Shown: positions 20,265 to 30,472, counted from the first letter of the stretch. The stretch: 64,000 nucleotides of DNA from Myxococcales bacterium (GCA_013360285.1 JABWCM010000011.1:2422-66421), one strand, 5' to 3'. Numbers and translations: made by a program. The notes: generated by a model from the sequence alone, not told the origin.

Positions 20265-22778
20265 ATGGCGCAAACACCATGGTTGGAAACAACAAGACCC
20301 ATCATCGTGTCCCAAACAACGGAGAACTCAATGATACCGCGGTTGGACGCCGCCGATGCACGGCGCATTGTATTGTTGGCAGAGGCGGTGACTCCGGCGG
20401 GGCAAACCGTGGCGGCGCCCGATGCCGACTTGGTCAATCATGTATGGGCGATCCTGTTGCGCATCGGATCCGAGGCCGCAGGTCGGTATGGTACGCTTTT
20501 GTCGGCTTTGGATGTGGCGGCGATTCCCCTTGCCGGTCGGCGGTTGTTTGATTTGCCGGTCGAACTTCGGACGAAAACACTGAAAACGTTGGCCGATTGC
20601 GCCCTGTCCTCGGCATTGGTGTTGGGTACGACCGCACCGCTTCGGCTGGCGCAGGTCACCCGGGGTGTTGTGGCGTCTGGTGTGGGGATAGACAGTGCAT
20701 CGACACAACTTTGCGGAACCGAGGAGGTCGCGAGATGGCATCGGCGGCTGATCGATGCCCGGAGTCTCGCCGACGGGGAAACCCTGGAGGTCGACGTAGT
20801 GGTGGTCGGCAGTGGTGCGGGAGGAGCGGTCGTTGCTCACACCTTGGCGAGCCGGGGACAAGCGGTATTGATTCTGGAATCGGGAGGTTGGTTTAAACGA
20901 ACCGATTTCGGTGGTTGGCCGTGGGAACGTTCTCTTTCGATGATGCGCCATTATCTTACCTTAGGAAACGGCGCGATCCTCATTCCCACCGGCGATACGG
21001 TAGGTGGATCCACAACCGTCAACTCGGGTACCTGTTTTCGAACCCCGGAGGCCGTTTTGCGCCGATGGCGATTTGAACACGGCTTAACGGATTTGGACCC
21101 CGAAAGTTTACAACCCCATTTTGAACGGGTGGAAACCCGGCTCGGGGTGGCCCCGTCCGACCGGAAGGCGCTCGGCCAAGTTGCCCAGGTCATCGCTCGC
21201 GGTGCCGAAACGTTGGGATGGAACTGCGCGCCGCTGTTACGGAACGCACCCGGGTGTGATGGACAAGGTGTGTGCTGTTTTGGATGCCCCACCGATGCCA
21301 AACGGTCGACCAATGTGAGTTATATCCCCGCCGCGATGGAGGCCGGTGGGCAATTGATCTATCACGCACGGGTCGAAGAAATCCTTGTTGCCGGCGGACG
21401 TGCTGTCGGTGTGGTTGCCCGTGCCGGAGGTGCCTCGGGACACAGATTGCGGGTGTTGGCCCGGGCGGTGGTACTGGCCTGCGGCAGTTTGGCCACCCCA
21501 GCGTTGTTGTTGAAACAGGGGTTGGCCAACCGATCAGGTCAGGTGGGTAAAAACCTCACGGTCCACCCGGCGATGAATGCCTGGGGGCGGTTTGATCACC
21601 CCGTGGATGGCTGGAAAGGCGTACCCCAGGGTGTAGGGGTGGATACGTTTTGTGACCAAGGAATCCGGTTTGAAGGGGGTTCGGTGCCGCTCGACATCGC
21701 CGCGGTTACCAACTTGCGGATCGGCGCAGCCTGGACACGGTTTGTTGAAGAGTTTCGTTATTATGCGACGTTTGGGTTCATGATTGCCGATTCTTCGCGG
21801 GGGCGACTGGTGCTGGGGTCCGGCGGTCGACCGAGGATTCATTATTATATCAATGAAGCGGACCGTCGCCGGTTCGTCTTGGGGCAGTCGTTGTTGGCCA
21901 AGTTGTTTTTGGCCGCGGGTGCCGGCGAGGTTCAGTTGGCTATTCGCGGGGCATCTCCGGTTTACGATATAGCGGGAGCCGAACGTTTACGCCGGGAAAC
22001 GGAGGGACGGTTTGGTGCCCATCGGTTGGAACTGGCGGGTTTCCATCCGTTGGGCACGTGTCGGATGGGGGCGGATCCGTCCCGGTCGGTTGTTGATGCC
22101 AATCATGAATGTCACGATATTTCTGGGTTGTACGTGGTGGATGGCGCGGCGGTGCCGGGTCCGCTGGGTGTCAATCCCCAGGTGACGATCATGGCGTTGG
22201 CGGAACGGGCGGGGCAACGGTTGGCACAACGCCTGGAACACGGTACCCCGCGGCGCCCACGTTTGTCCCAGCCAGTTCATTATAAGTTACCGGAAAATGG
22301 GGCGGCTCTACAATTTCAGGAAACCATGAGTGGCCACTGTGTCCGACTATCCGATGGGACACGGTGCGATGTCGATTTCACACTAAGGGTATTTTCAAAC
22401 GACCAGGATGTGTTCCAGAAGGCCGTTAAGCACGACCAAGGCGGAACGTTGTCTTTGGAAGGCGTTGTCACCGTCGAAAACCTGGCGACCGAGGTGCATA
22501 CGACCGGTACGTTGACGCTTCGGCCAAGGCGACGTTGGGGCACACTGATCTACGACCTGACATGGTGTGGTGATGACGGCGCGACGTATTTTCTTCACGG
22601 GGAAAAAAACGTTTCATTGTTCCGACCGCTGACCGGCATGACGACGTTGTACACCGAAATTTGCGGCGCGGCCAAAGTTCCCCTGTTTCGGGGCCAACTT
22701 CGATTTAAGTGGGCAGATTTGCCCGCGTTTTTGGCGACATGGCGTTTCCGCCAAAAACCTTCGAACTTGCAGCCATGA
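20265..22778 (+). CDS. GMC family oxidoreductase (long-chain alcohol oxidase-like) with an extra C-terminal domain
   Basis: VVVVGSGAGG, VGGSTTVNSG, C.G.G.CCFGC, HPLGTCRMG and GVNPQVTIMALA. Confidence 0.88.
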   Translation: MAQTPWLETTRPIIVSQTTENSMIPRLDAADARRIVLLAEAVTPAGQTVAAPDADLVNHVWAILLRIGSEAAGRYGTLLSALDVAAIPLAGRRLFDLPVELRTKTLKTLADCALSSALVLGTTAPLRLAQVTRGVVASGVGIDSASTQLCGTEEVARWHRRLIDARSLADGETLEVDVVVVGSGAGGAVVAHTLASRGQAVLILESGGWFKRTDFGGWPWERSLSMMRHYLTLGNGAILIPTGDTVGGSTTVNSGTCFRTPEAVLRRWRFEHGLTDLDPESLQPHFERVETRLGVAPSDRKALGQVAQVIARGAETLGWNCAPLLRNAPGCDGQGVCCFGCPTDAKRSTNVSYIPAAMEAGGQLIYHARVEEILVAGGRAVGVVARAGGASGHRLRVLARAVVLACGSLATPALLLKQGLANRSGQVGKNLTVHPAMNAWGRFDHPVDGWKGVPQGVGVDTFCDQGIRFEGGSVPLDIAAVTNLRIGAAWTRFVEEFRYYATFGFMIADSSRGRLVLGSGGRPRIHYYINEADRRRFVLGQSLLAKLFLAAGAGEVQLAIRGASPVYDIAGAERLRRETEGRFGAHRLELAGFHPLGTCRMGADPSRSVVDANHECHDISGLYVVDGAAVPGPLGVNPQVTIMALAERAGQRLAQRLEHGTPRRPRLSQPVHYKLPENGAALQFQETMSGHCVRLSDGTRCDVDFTLRVFSNDQDVFQKAVKHDQGGTLSLEGVVTVENLATEVHTTGTLTLRPRRRWGTLIYDLTWCGDDGATYFLHGEKNVSLFRPLTGMTTLYTEICGAAKVPLFRGQLRFKWADLPAFLATWRFRQKPSNLQP

Positions 22779-22790
22779 CTGCAAAAAAAT

Positions 22791-23357
22791 TTATACCCGA
22801 AGCCTTCCGCGAAATCCCCGCGCCGCATAATACGATTCGGCGCCGTTGTGATACACAAACACGTGATGATAACGCCGGTCACAAAAGAGAGCCCCGCCGA
22901 GTTTACGAATGGGGTCGGGCGTTTTGATCCAACTGGAAGTTTTGCGATCAAATTCGCCCAAAAGTTGTAATTGCCGGTACTGTTCTTCGGTGAGCAACTC
23001 GATTCCCATGGTCGACGCCATCTCTATGGCATTTCCTTTGGGTTTGTTTTCTTTCCGCGAATCCAAAGCCGCACGGTCATAACAAAGACTTCGGCGTCCG
23101 AGTGGACTTTCGGGTGAACAATCACAAAAAACAAACTCCCCAGATGCGGCATCCAAACCCACGACGTCGGGTTCGCCTCCAGTTTCTTCCATAGCCGCCA
23201 ATGCGGCCAATTTTTCCGGGAACTTATGCAGTCGGGCCAAGACAGAATCCCAATCGATTCCGGAATGGCGCCGGTGATTTTTCTGAAATCGATCAGCCAA
23301 AACGGCAATAAGGCCGCTATCGGGTAATGTTTCCAAGTCGTTTCCTTGTAATAACAA
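22791..23357 (-). CDS. DUF4256 domain protein
   Basis: METGGEPDVV-like segment, DCSPESPLGRRSLCYD and YHNGAESYYAARGFRG. Confidence 0.8.
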   Translation of the reverse strand: MLLQGNDLETLPDSGLIAVLADRFQKNHRRHSGIDWDSVLARLHKFPEKLAALAAMEETGGEPDVVGLDAASGEFVFCDCSPESPLGRRSLCYDRAALDSRKENKPKGNAIEMASTMGIELLTEEQYRQLQLLGEFDRKTSSWIKTPDPIRKLGGALFCDRRYHHVFVYHNGAESYYAARGFRGRLRV

Positions 23358-23467
23358 ATGCGGCTCCGAAAAAACAATGGCCGCTGTTTCGGTACGTTGC
23401 CGAGTGTAAAGCCGCCCCGCGGCATGTCAACAGACACATGGTGGTAAGATAGGGATCTCCCGTGGAG

Positions 23468-23655
23468 CTTCCGCCGCCGTCTGGAAGCTTCCGCCGCGGA
23501 AAAAAAACCTTCCGCCGCCGCGAAAATGCTGTGTTCTGGCGACCGATGGTTTTCGACGCCAAAAAAAAAGCGCCGAACGACGCGTTGTAAGTGCCCTTCG
23601 CCATTGAAGAAAAATTTTCAGGCCCGCGGCGGAAGCTTCCAGACGGCGGCGGAAG
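23468..23655. repeat. Element bounded by a perfect 32-bp inverted repeat
   Basis: CTTCCGCCGCCGTCTGGAAGCTTCCGCCGCGG (23468-23499) and its exact reverse complement (23624-23655). Confidence 0.8.
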
Positions 23656-23687
23656 GCCGGGTTATCGCAGAGTAGACCAGACGTCTA

Positions 23688-23849
23688 GGTGTGTGGTGTT
23701 TTTAGATGAAATTTTGTCATCGCGGCCTTTGGCCGCCTCGCCCCCCAAAAAAACCTTGCGCCATATTCCCGATATGCCTCAAGTTTTTGGGGGGCGATCC
23801 GGCTCAAATTCGGCTGGGTCGTAAAATCCCCCAAAAAACACCACACACG
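23688..23849 (+). repeat. 162-bp element, variant copy 4 (different termini)
   Basis: Same core GCGCCATATTCCCGATATGCCTC, but the ends are GTGTGTGGTGTTTTT...AAAAACACCACACAC. Confidence 0.75.
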
Positions 23850-24083
23850 TAGGTGGCTTTTTTCGTTTAAGGGATACGTATCTCACTAAAGACATCGCAA
23901 AGAAGGTCAGCGACAACGTCGATGACGTGGGTTGAGACCTCGCCATTGATTAGGAATGACGGCTCGATTGAAAACGAACATCTCTCGCACGCCAAACGAT
24001 GTCATCTCAACGCACCGATTGACCAACACGAATCTCTTGCAGGTGGCAGGGTAGGGTCATGGACACTTTGCAATACCTTCGCG

Positions 24084-24318
24084 ACACGGCTCGAACACCT
24101 GGTTGATGCCACTGAGTGGTCTACTGGATACCATTCGGTGGCCAAAGGTTGCCTTCAAGACACCTCCGGAAGTCCATATCGGGGTGTGTTTCCGGCATTT
24201 ATGACACGTTGTTGGGTGTCGCGGCCGTGTGCCCATCATATCATCAAGGCCAGTACCAGGTCTCTCGAACACGTCGCGGAGACAACTTAGTCGTAAAATG
24301 AGGGTGTTCGAGCCGTGT
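24084..24318 (+). ncRNA. Candidate structured RNA or inverted-repeat-bounded element, unassigned
   Basis: 16-bp perfect closing inverted repeat; internal 13-bp hairpin with two G-U pairs on the + strand; no credible CDS. Confidence 0.4.
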
Positions 24319-24381
24319 TTCGAATCTCGTTAGCCATCTCTGAGGGTGCTACAGTGACCGCGTAACATATGCAAAAGACCG

Positions 24382-24573
24382 GAGTTTGTAAAAAAGTCGC
24401 GACAACGGGCGCTGGTGTGTGGTGTTTTTCGATGACTTCCACGCCCTGCCGCCTTTGGCCGTGTCGCCCACAAAAATTCCTGCGCCATATTCCCGATATT
24501 ACTCGACTTTTTCCTGGCCGATTCGCCGCCAAATCCACGCCTACACTCCGCGCCCAGATTTTTTCACAAACTC
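24382..24573 (+). repeat. 162-bp element family, chimeric copy 5 (192 bp)
   Basis: GAGTTTGTAAAAAA left end, internal GGTGTGTGGTGTTTTT variant end at ~24414, conserved core, and right end TTTTTTCACAAACTC. Confidence 0.8.
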
Positions 24574-24757
24574 AGAGTAATGGATTTATTGAGGAATTTT
24601 CCTTAAGAACTAACCAATGACAAACGTAAAGTGGCAGAATAACTCACAAAAACCTCAGGTCATCGGCATTAGGGCTGGGGTCGCAACCTTGTATCGATTT
24701 TGTTAATGTTGTGACCCAGAGGCGGTGTAACCGTTCATCGAAATTCGTTTTTGCCAA

Positions 24758-26422
24758 GTGGAGTATAACGTGTCTTTTCCCGAACCCCTTTCGTCGTCCG
24801 TCGCCCGGTTGCGTGCTCGTGCTCCTCTGCCGGATTCGGTCGACGTTGCCATTGTGGGCGCTGGTCCCGGTGGATTGACTGCCGCTGGTTATCTTACTCA
24901 ATTGGGATTGAGGACTGCTGTTTTTGACAGTCACTATGTGGCCGGCGGTTGTGCTACCCAGTTTTCCCGTGGTCCCAAAAATCAACGGTATCATTTTGAT
25001 ATTGGGCTTCATTACGTCGGAGATTGTACGCCGGATGGTCTCATTCCCAAGATGTTGGCAGACATCGGGGTGCACGTCGATTTTCTGGAAATGGATCCCG
25101 ATGGGTTTGATACCTTTGTGTTTCCGGACTTTCGGTTTCGGGTCCCTGCGAATTTGGATTTGTATCGGCAGCGGCTGGTCGATTTGTTTCCGTCGGAACG
25201 CCGCGGGATTGATCGGTATGTGAAACTGGTGCAGCAGGTGGATCGAATCGGCCGTACCATGGCGAATCGGGGTGGGAAACTTTCTGCGGTCGTGGTGCTG
25301 GAAGTGCTGTTGTTTGGGCGCCTGTTGGCCCGATATCAAAACGCGACACTGGGTGCTTTTTTGGATACGGTGACCCAAAATCCTCATTTGAGGGCGGTGA
25401 TTGCCGGACAAAACGGGGATTACGGTTTGCCGCCAAGTCGGGTCAGTGTGGCGCTGCACGCGGGGTTGGCCGCACATTATTTTCGTGGGGCATATTATCC
25501 CCGCGGAGGTGGGCAGGTATTGGCGGATAACATCGCCGCTGCCGTAGAAAGTCGCGGCGGTACGATCCATCTGCGGCGTGGCATTTCGCAAATCCTGGTC
25601 GAAAACGGGCGCGCCGTAGGGGTTCGTACCGAGCCGCGCGATGGGGAAATCGCCGAAGTGCGGGCTAAAGTGGTGATTTCCAATGCAGATTTGAAACGTA
25701 CGATGTTGGAACTGGTTCCGCCCGCTGTGTTGCCGACCCCAGCTTTGGAAAAAGCAAAACAATACGAAATGGCTGCCGCCATCTTTTTGACTTGCCTTGG
25801 GATAAAAGCCGATTTACGCGCTTTGGGGATGCAGGTCACCAACTACTGGCAGTTTGATACCTACGATATGGAGTCGTTGTATCGGGACGCCAATCAGAAA
25901 ACCACACCCGAAGTCGGCGCTTGTTATATTACCAGTGCCACCATGAAAGACCCGGTCAATCCGCATCATGCTCCTGAAGGGATTTATAACGTCGAAGTCA
26001 TGACCCTGGTGCCCGGTAACCCCCGATTGTGGGGGGTCGAGCCAGGTTTGGCCGACAATTGGGGATACAAACGGAACGATGTCTACCTCCGCCGAAAAGA
26101 AGAGGTTGAGAATCAGATGATCGAAAGGCTCAACAACTTATTTCCCGGGTCCAAAGATCACATCGTATTTCGTGAATCGGCCACACCGGTCACTCACAGC
26201 CGATTTACTCGGGCCACAGACGGCACCGGATATGGACTGGCGGCGATCCCGTCTCAGTTTATGAAAAACCGTCCTTCTTATCGGTCACCAATCCCGGGGC
26301 TCTATTTTTGTGGCGCGTCCACCCGCGCGGGACACGGGATAGTCGGCGCCATGATGTCCGGAAAACACGCCGCCGCCAAAGTCGCAGCCGATTTGGGGTT
26401 GGTGTTTCCTGACCGTCGCTGA
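24758..26422 (+). CDS. Phytoene desaturase/retinol saturase family FAD-dependent oxidoreductase
   Basis: VAIVGAGPGGL, FDIGLHY, GAYYPRGGGQ, ESATPVT and GLYFCGAS...GHGIVGAM. Confidence 0.88.
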   Translation: MEYNVSFPEPLSSSVARLRARAPLPDSVDVAIVGAGPGGLTAAGYLTQLGLRTAVFDSHYVAGGCATQFSRGPKNQRYHFDIGLHYVGDCTPDGLIPKMLADIGVHVDFLEMDPDGFDTFVFPDFRFRVPANLDLYRQRLVDLFPSERRGIDRYVKLVQQVDRIGRTMANRGGKLSAVVVLEVLLFGRLLARYQNATLGAFLDTVTQNPHLRAVIAGQNGDYGLPPSRVSVALHAGLAAHYFRGAYYPRGGGQVLADNIAAAVESRGGTIHLRRGISQILVENGRAVGVRTEPRDGEIAEVRAKVVISNADLKRTMLELVPPAVLPTPALEKAKQYEMAAAIFLTCLGIKADLRALGMQVTNYWQFDTYDMESLYRDANQKTTPEVGACYITSATMKDPVNPHHAPEGIYNVEVMTLVPGNPRLWGVEPGLADNWGYKRNDVYLRRKEEVENQMIERLNNLFPGSKDHIVFRESATPVTHSRFTRATDGTGYGLAAIPSQFMKNRPSYRSPIPGLYFCGASTRAGHGIVGAMMSGKHAAAKVAADLGLVFPDRR

Positions 26423-26683
26423 GGGGTCCTGTCAGAACGGTGACAAGAAAACACTTACGTTTGTAGTCGTGTTGTGAGACAAAGTTTTCGACAAACAACT
26501 TCGATTGGCCGGCAGGTTGGGATTTGACCTGCCGGCCATTCGGTGATTTGACGAAGTAAGGTGCCAAGGCGTACGGCGTTGTTGTTTTGAGCGGTCAGGA
26601 TAATCAAATCCGGTCAGGACGCAGAAATCGTAGCCGAATTGTGATGTAACAGGAACGGCGGCGTTGTTTTTTTAGCGAGGAAG

Positions 26684-29600
26684 GTGGCCATGTTCGTATA
26701 CGAAAGTGTTTTCCGGAGTAATCCACCGGCTTACAACGACATTGGATGGTTTCGGCGCCTGGCGGCGGCGACGATGATGATTGTTTTTGTCATGACGGCG
26801 CAGAGCGCCTATGCCCAATTGGTGGGGGACTCGATTCCCGTAACCGGGGAATTTCGGCTGACGGACACAAGCGGCACACCGCTTGATCTGGTGAATCCGG
26901 CACTGTTGGATCCAAACGGCGCCGAAGTGTATAATGTACTACAAAATCACGGGTTTGCGTCGATGACCTACTGGGGTGGATTGTGGGACGGAAACTTCGG
27001 CATTCGAGCGTATTCGGACTCCACACCCACGATCCCAACTTTGTATGCGTACGGCCAGATCACAACGGTCAACAGCATGCGCGCGTCGTACATCTTGAAT
27101 GTACAGCGCGCACTTAACGAAACGTTGTACTACAACGTGAACCCGTGGATGCGACTGGATCAACAGGGGATTCCGGGGACACAATTCAACGCCTTATATT
27201 ACCAAACCGAACGAAAAGAAAACAACATCGATAAACGAATTGCGGTGACCCCGGCCACCAACTCGGTTCCCAATCACCATTTTCAAACGTCTCCGGCGGT
27301 TATCGAAGTGCAGTTCTATATCGGTTCGGCTGCCGACAATCAGATTTTTACCGGAACCGGCGCTGGATCTGCGTGTGCTGCGGGTGGAAAAACGCCGGTT
27401 GTGACGACAGGCGGGAACCTCTACATCGCTGCGTTACAAGGGAATGACTACCAGAATCCGCCGATCAGCGAAGGTACTACGGCGATATGGTACAACACTT
27501 GCTGCAACAACGAATTTGTGGTCGTCCGCGGATTTCAAGACCCCGCGCGCCAAAATTACCGGATCACTCACAGCACATTTATCAGCTACAACCATCCCGA
27601 TGGCACTTCCAGGAGTGTTAAGTTTGCCGATTTGTTGGGTGGCTTATCCTATGTCGACGTTGTGGCGCCCCCGATGGCGGTCACCAGTGTGTGTATTCCG
27701 TTGACCGATCTCCAAGATCGTTCATGTATCGTCGGATATGGCGACGTTTATGGTGAAAACGAGATCACTTCTACCATTTGGTTCCAAGGTACGTTTGGCG
27801 AAGTCGCAGCCAGCCGCAATGGAATTTTGGATACGGTTGCCAATCCTTCGTCCGGCGAGTTTGTGATTCCTTCGTTGGTGCCGGCCACTTTCAATGGTGT
27901 TCGGTTCCAGAGTGTTGTCGATCGCCCGCCGACGGTGGCCGGCTATCCCAACTCCGGCGACAGTTTGGCCCGTTTGTACACCCACCCGAGTTATGACAAA
28001 GATGCCAACGGCAATCCGCGTACTTCTGCGTTTACTACGGTGGGGTATCCGACTCCTCCCGGGCCGTCGGTGCCCAGCCAGTGTTCGATTTATGCGGCTC
28101 CGGGTACGTCACCGACCCCGACGTTGGTTCACCCCGGTTATGTGTCGGGAACCGTGACGATGTACGACGGCGGAACGTTTATCGATGCCGACGCCCCGAA
28201 TCCGGTGCGTTTGCTGGCCGCGGTCGATTATTATACCGAAGCCAACAAAATCCAAAACGGTGCGTGGACTTATGTGACGACTTACGAGGCGTTGACCCCT
28301 ACGGGTGGAGATACCGGCGCATTTACCTACGGGGAGCCGATTCCCGACCTCGATCCCATTACCGGACAACCTTATATCGATCCCAACGGCAACAAAACCA
28401 CCGGGATTTATTATTATCCGGTGATTCGCCCCAACTGGACCGCCCCCGATGGCACCTGGTTGCCGGGATATTGGCGAGCTCGTATTCTGGTGTTGCAGTT
28501 CAAAGCGGGGGTTACGACTGATCCTGAAGGGTATATCAGCCAAACGCTTCATTATATTCGACAGCAACCCAACGCTGCTCAGACTGCGCCGACTCTTCTT
28601 GATGCGTCCCCGATTTTTCCGGGACAGACGTTGGCAAACCAGAACTTCGACCTCTGTTTTGGCGTTGTACGGTTGACTATCAAGGACACCGGAGGAGGTG
28701 TCGCCAAGATGATTTACGATCCGGTTGTTTCCAAAGATGTGGCCGGCGCGGGATTCCTGGTGGGCGATTTCGAGCCGTTGGCGGCGGGTTCTCCGAGCAA
28801 AATCGGTGGGCCGCGGATCGACATCAAAGCGGTCAATGGAACGCCTTCGGGTGTGGCCAATGCGGCCCAGGAAGGAATCATCAAAATGATCCTGCCGGCG
28901 GGTGTTTATAAGGGGTTGAACCTGAGTTACAAAATCGTCAACGGTGGATCGACAACGTTGCCGCCATTTGATGTCGGCGCCGTGGGGTGTGGTCAAACCG
29001 TGGAAATTACGCCCAATCTGCAAATTACCGCGAGTGCACCTCCGTGTGTGGAGCAGGACAACGTCGGTGATTTTGGTGTGGTTGGCACGGTGAATTCGAT
29101 TCCTTTGGGACCGGGTGCCCAAGCGGTTGCCAACGCTCAGATCCAATCGATGTGGTATACCGTGGAAAACGGCCCCCCGATCATGTTGAACCCGGCCATT
29201 CATCGGACCGACGTACCCGGTGCAACCGAGTGGGGGCTGACACCCACCTATGGGTTTGATGCTATCTTACCAACCGAATGTGAAATCTATCACATTAAAG
29301 TGAGTGCAGAGCTTGTTGACGGCACCATCGCGTCTTCGGAAAGCATCACGGTGTATGATGACGGTCAGGCGCCGGTGTTGGAATGCGACGACGTGACATT
29401 GGTAGATATCAACCTGGATGGGTCGGAAGCCGGAAACCTTTCCAACTTTATTTCGGCTACCGACAATTGCGATATCAATACACAAATCAGCTACTTTGGT
29501 GCGCTGGGGGTGTATCCTCTCAATTCGTCTACGGAAGTGGTTGCAACCGGCAAAGATAGCTGCGGGAATGCTGCGACGTGTACGTTTAATGTCAACGTCG

Positions 29601-30433
29601 TGCCGCCACCTATCCCCGATATCCCGACACTGCCCACGGTGACCGGTCAATGTTCCGCATCGGTGGCGGCAAACCCGCCTACCGCAACCGATTACCTTGG
29701 CAATACCATTGTGGGTGTGCCGCTTGGCGCCACGACGTTCTCACAGCAGGGTGTGTATACGGTGAACTGGCAGTACACCGATGGTTTGAATACGGCGGTG
29801 GTACAAACCCAACAGGTGATTGTGGATGATACCTTGGCACCTGTGCCGGCGATCAATCCATTGCCCGATGTGGCCAGTGAGTGTGTTTATACCCTTACGC
29901 CGCCTGTTGCGCAGGACAACTGTGCCGGACCCATTGTTGGCACTACCAACAGTCCGACTGTTCTCAGCCAGTTGGGGACTTATACGGTGACCTGGACGTT
30001 TGACGATGGGTTGGGCAACACGACTACCCAGGATCAAGACATCGTGATTTCCGATTGTAACGACCTGGATGATTGTAATGGGGAAGAACAGTGCGACGGT
30101 GCCAACGGATGTATTCCGGGCACGCCCGTACCGCTGACACAGTGTGGTATCTGTGCGTCTATGGGTGATGTCAATGGCGATGGTCTGGTGAATGTTGGGG
30201 ATACCAACTGCCTGATCCAAGTGGCGTTGTGGAATCTCAAAAACCCCACCGATCCGCCCCCCGCTTGTGTTCAGCCAACTATTTATTATGCCGATTTAAA
30301 CTGCGATGGGACCTGGAATGTCAAAGACGTTCAGATGTCTATGGTCCTTGTACAACTCGCCCTTTCGGGCACCCCCCTTCCGTTCACCGTAGATAACGAC
30401 GGCAACGGTTGCCCTGATACCTGCCACGATTGA
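26684..30433 (+). CDS. Large secreted protein with HYR-like repeats and a C-terminal dockerin-like module
   Basis: Signal peptide ending AYA-Q; repeats SATDNC, PTATD and PVAQDNCAG; paired loops GDVNGDGLVNVGD and ADLNCDGTWNVKD. Confidence 0.75.
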   Translation: MAMFVYESVFRSNPPAYNDIGWFRRLAAATMMIVFVMTAQSAYAQLVGDSIPVTGEFRLTDTSGTPLDLVNPALLDPNGAEVYNVLQNHGFASMTYWGGLWDGNFGIRAYSDSTPTIPTLYAYGQITTVNSMRASYILNVQRALNETLYYNVNPWMRLDQQGIPGTQFNALYYQTERKENNIDKRIAVTPATNSVPNHHFQTSPAVIEVQFYIGSAADNQIFTGTGAGSACAAGGKTPVVTTGGNLYIAALQGNDYQNPPISEGTTAIWYNTCCNNEFVVVRGFQDPARQNYRITHSTFISYNHPDGTSRSVKFADLLGGLSYVDVVAPPMAVTSVCIPLTDLQDRSCIVGYGDVYGENEITSTIWFQGTFGEVAASRNGILDTVANPSSGEFVIPSLVPATFNGVRFQSVVDRPPTVAGYPNSGDSLARLYTHPSYDKDANGNPRTSAFTTVGYPTPPGPSVPSQCSIYAAPGTSPTPTLVHPGYVSGTVTMYDGGTFIDADAPNPVRLLAAVDYYTEANKIQNGAWTYVTTYEALTPTGGDTGAFTYGEPIPDLDPITGQPYIDPNGNKTTGIYYYPVIRPNWTAPDGTWLPGYWRARILVLQFKAGVTTDPEGYISQTLHYIRQQPNAAQTAPTLLDASPIFPGQTLANQNFDLCFGVVRLTIKDTGGGVAKMIYDPVVSKDVAGAGFLVGDFEPLAAGSPSKIGGPRIDIKAVNGTPSGVANAAQEGIIKMILPAGVYKGLNLSYKIVNGGSTTLPPFDVGAVGCGQTVEITPNLQITASAPPCVEQDNVGDFGVVGTVNSIPLGPGAQAVANAQIQSMWYTVENGPPIMLNPAIHRTDVPGATEWGLTPTYGFDAILPTECEIYHIKVSAELVDGTIASSESITVYDDGQAPVLECDDVTLVDINLDGSEAGNLSNFISATDNCDINTQISYFGALGVYPLNSSTEVVATGKDSCGNAATCTFNVNVVPPPIPDIPTLPTVTGQCSASVAANPPTATDYLGNTIVGVPLGATTFSQQGVYTVNWQYTDGLNTAVVQTQQVIVDDTLAPVPAINPLPDVASECVYTLTPPVAQDNCAGPIVGTTNSPTVLSQLGTYTVTWTFDDGLGNTTTQDQDIVISDCNDLDDCNGEEQCDGANGCIPGTPVPLTQCGICASMGDVNGDGLVNVGDTNCLIQVALWNLKNPTDPPPACVQPTIYYADLNCDGTWNVKDVQMSMVLVQLALSGTPLPFTVDNDGNGCPDTCHD

Positions 30434-30439
30434 TTTCTG

Positions 30440-30472
30440 CCCGGATTTCTCACACCCGCTGAGAAATCCGGG
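30440..30472. terminator. Hairpin between convergent genes (terminator or small repeat)
   Basis: Perfect 13-bp stem CCCGGATTTCTCA/TGAGAAATCCGGG. Confidence 0.65.

Noticed and set aside
23871-23882. GATACGTATC shared with the 3' end of the large RNA candidate (~57153)
   Set aside because: A short self-complementary word; insufficient evidence of homology.
23922-24290. 122-aa ORF in the repeat hotspot
   Set aside because: No clear RBS or recognisable domain, and it overlaps the inverted-repeat-bounded structure.
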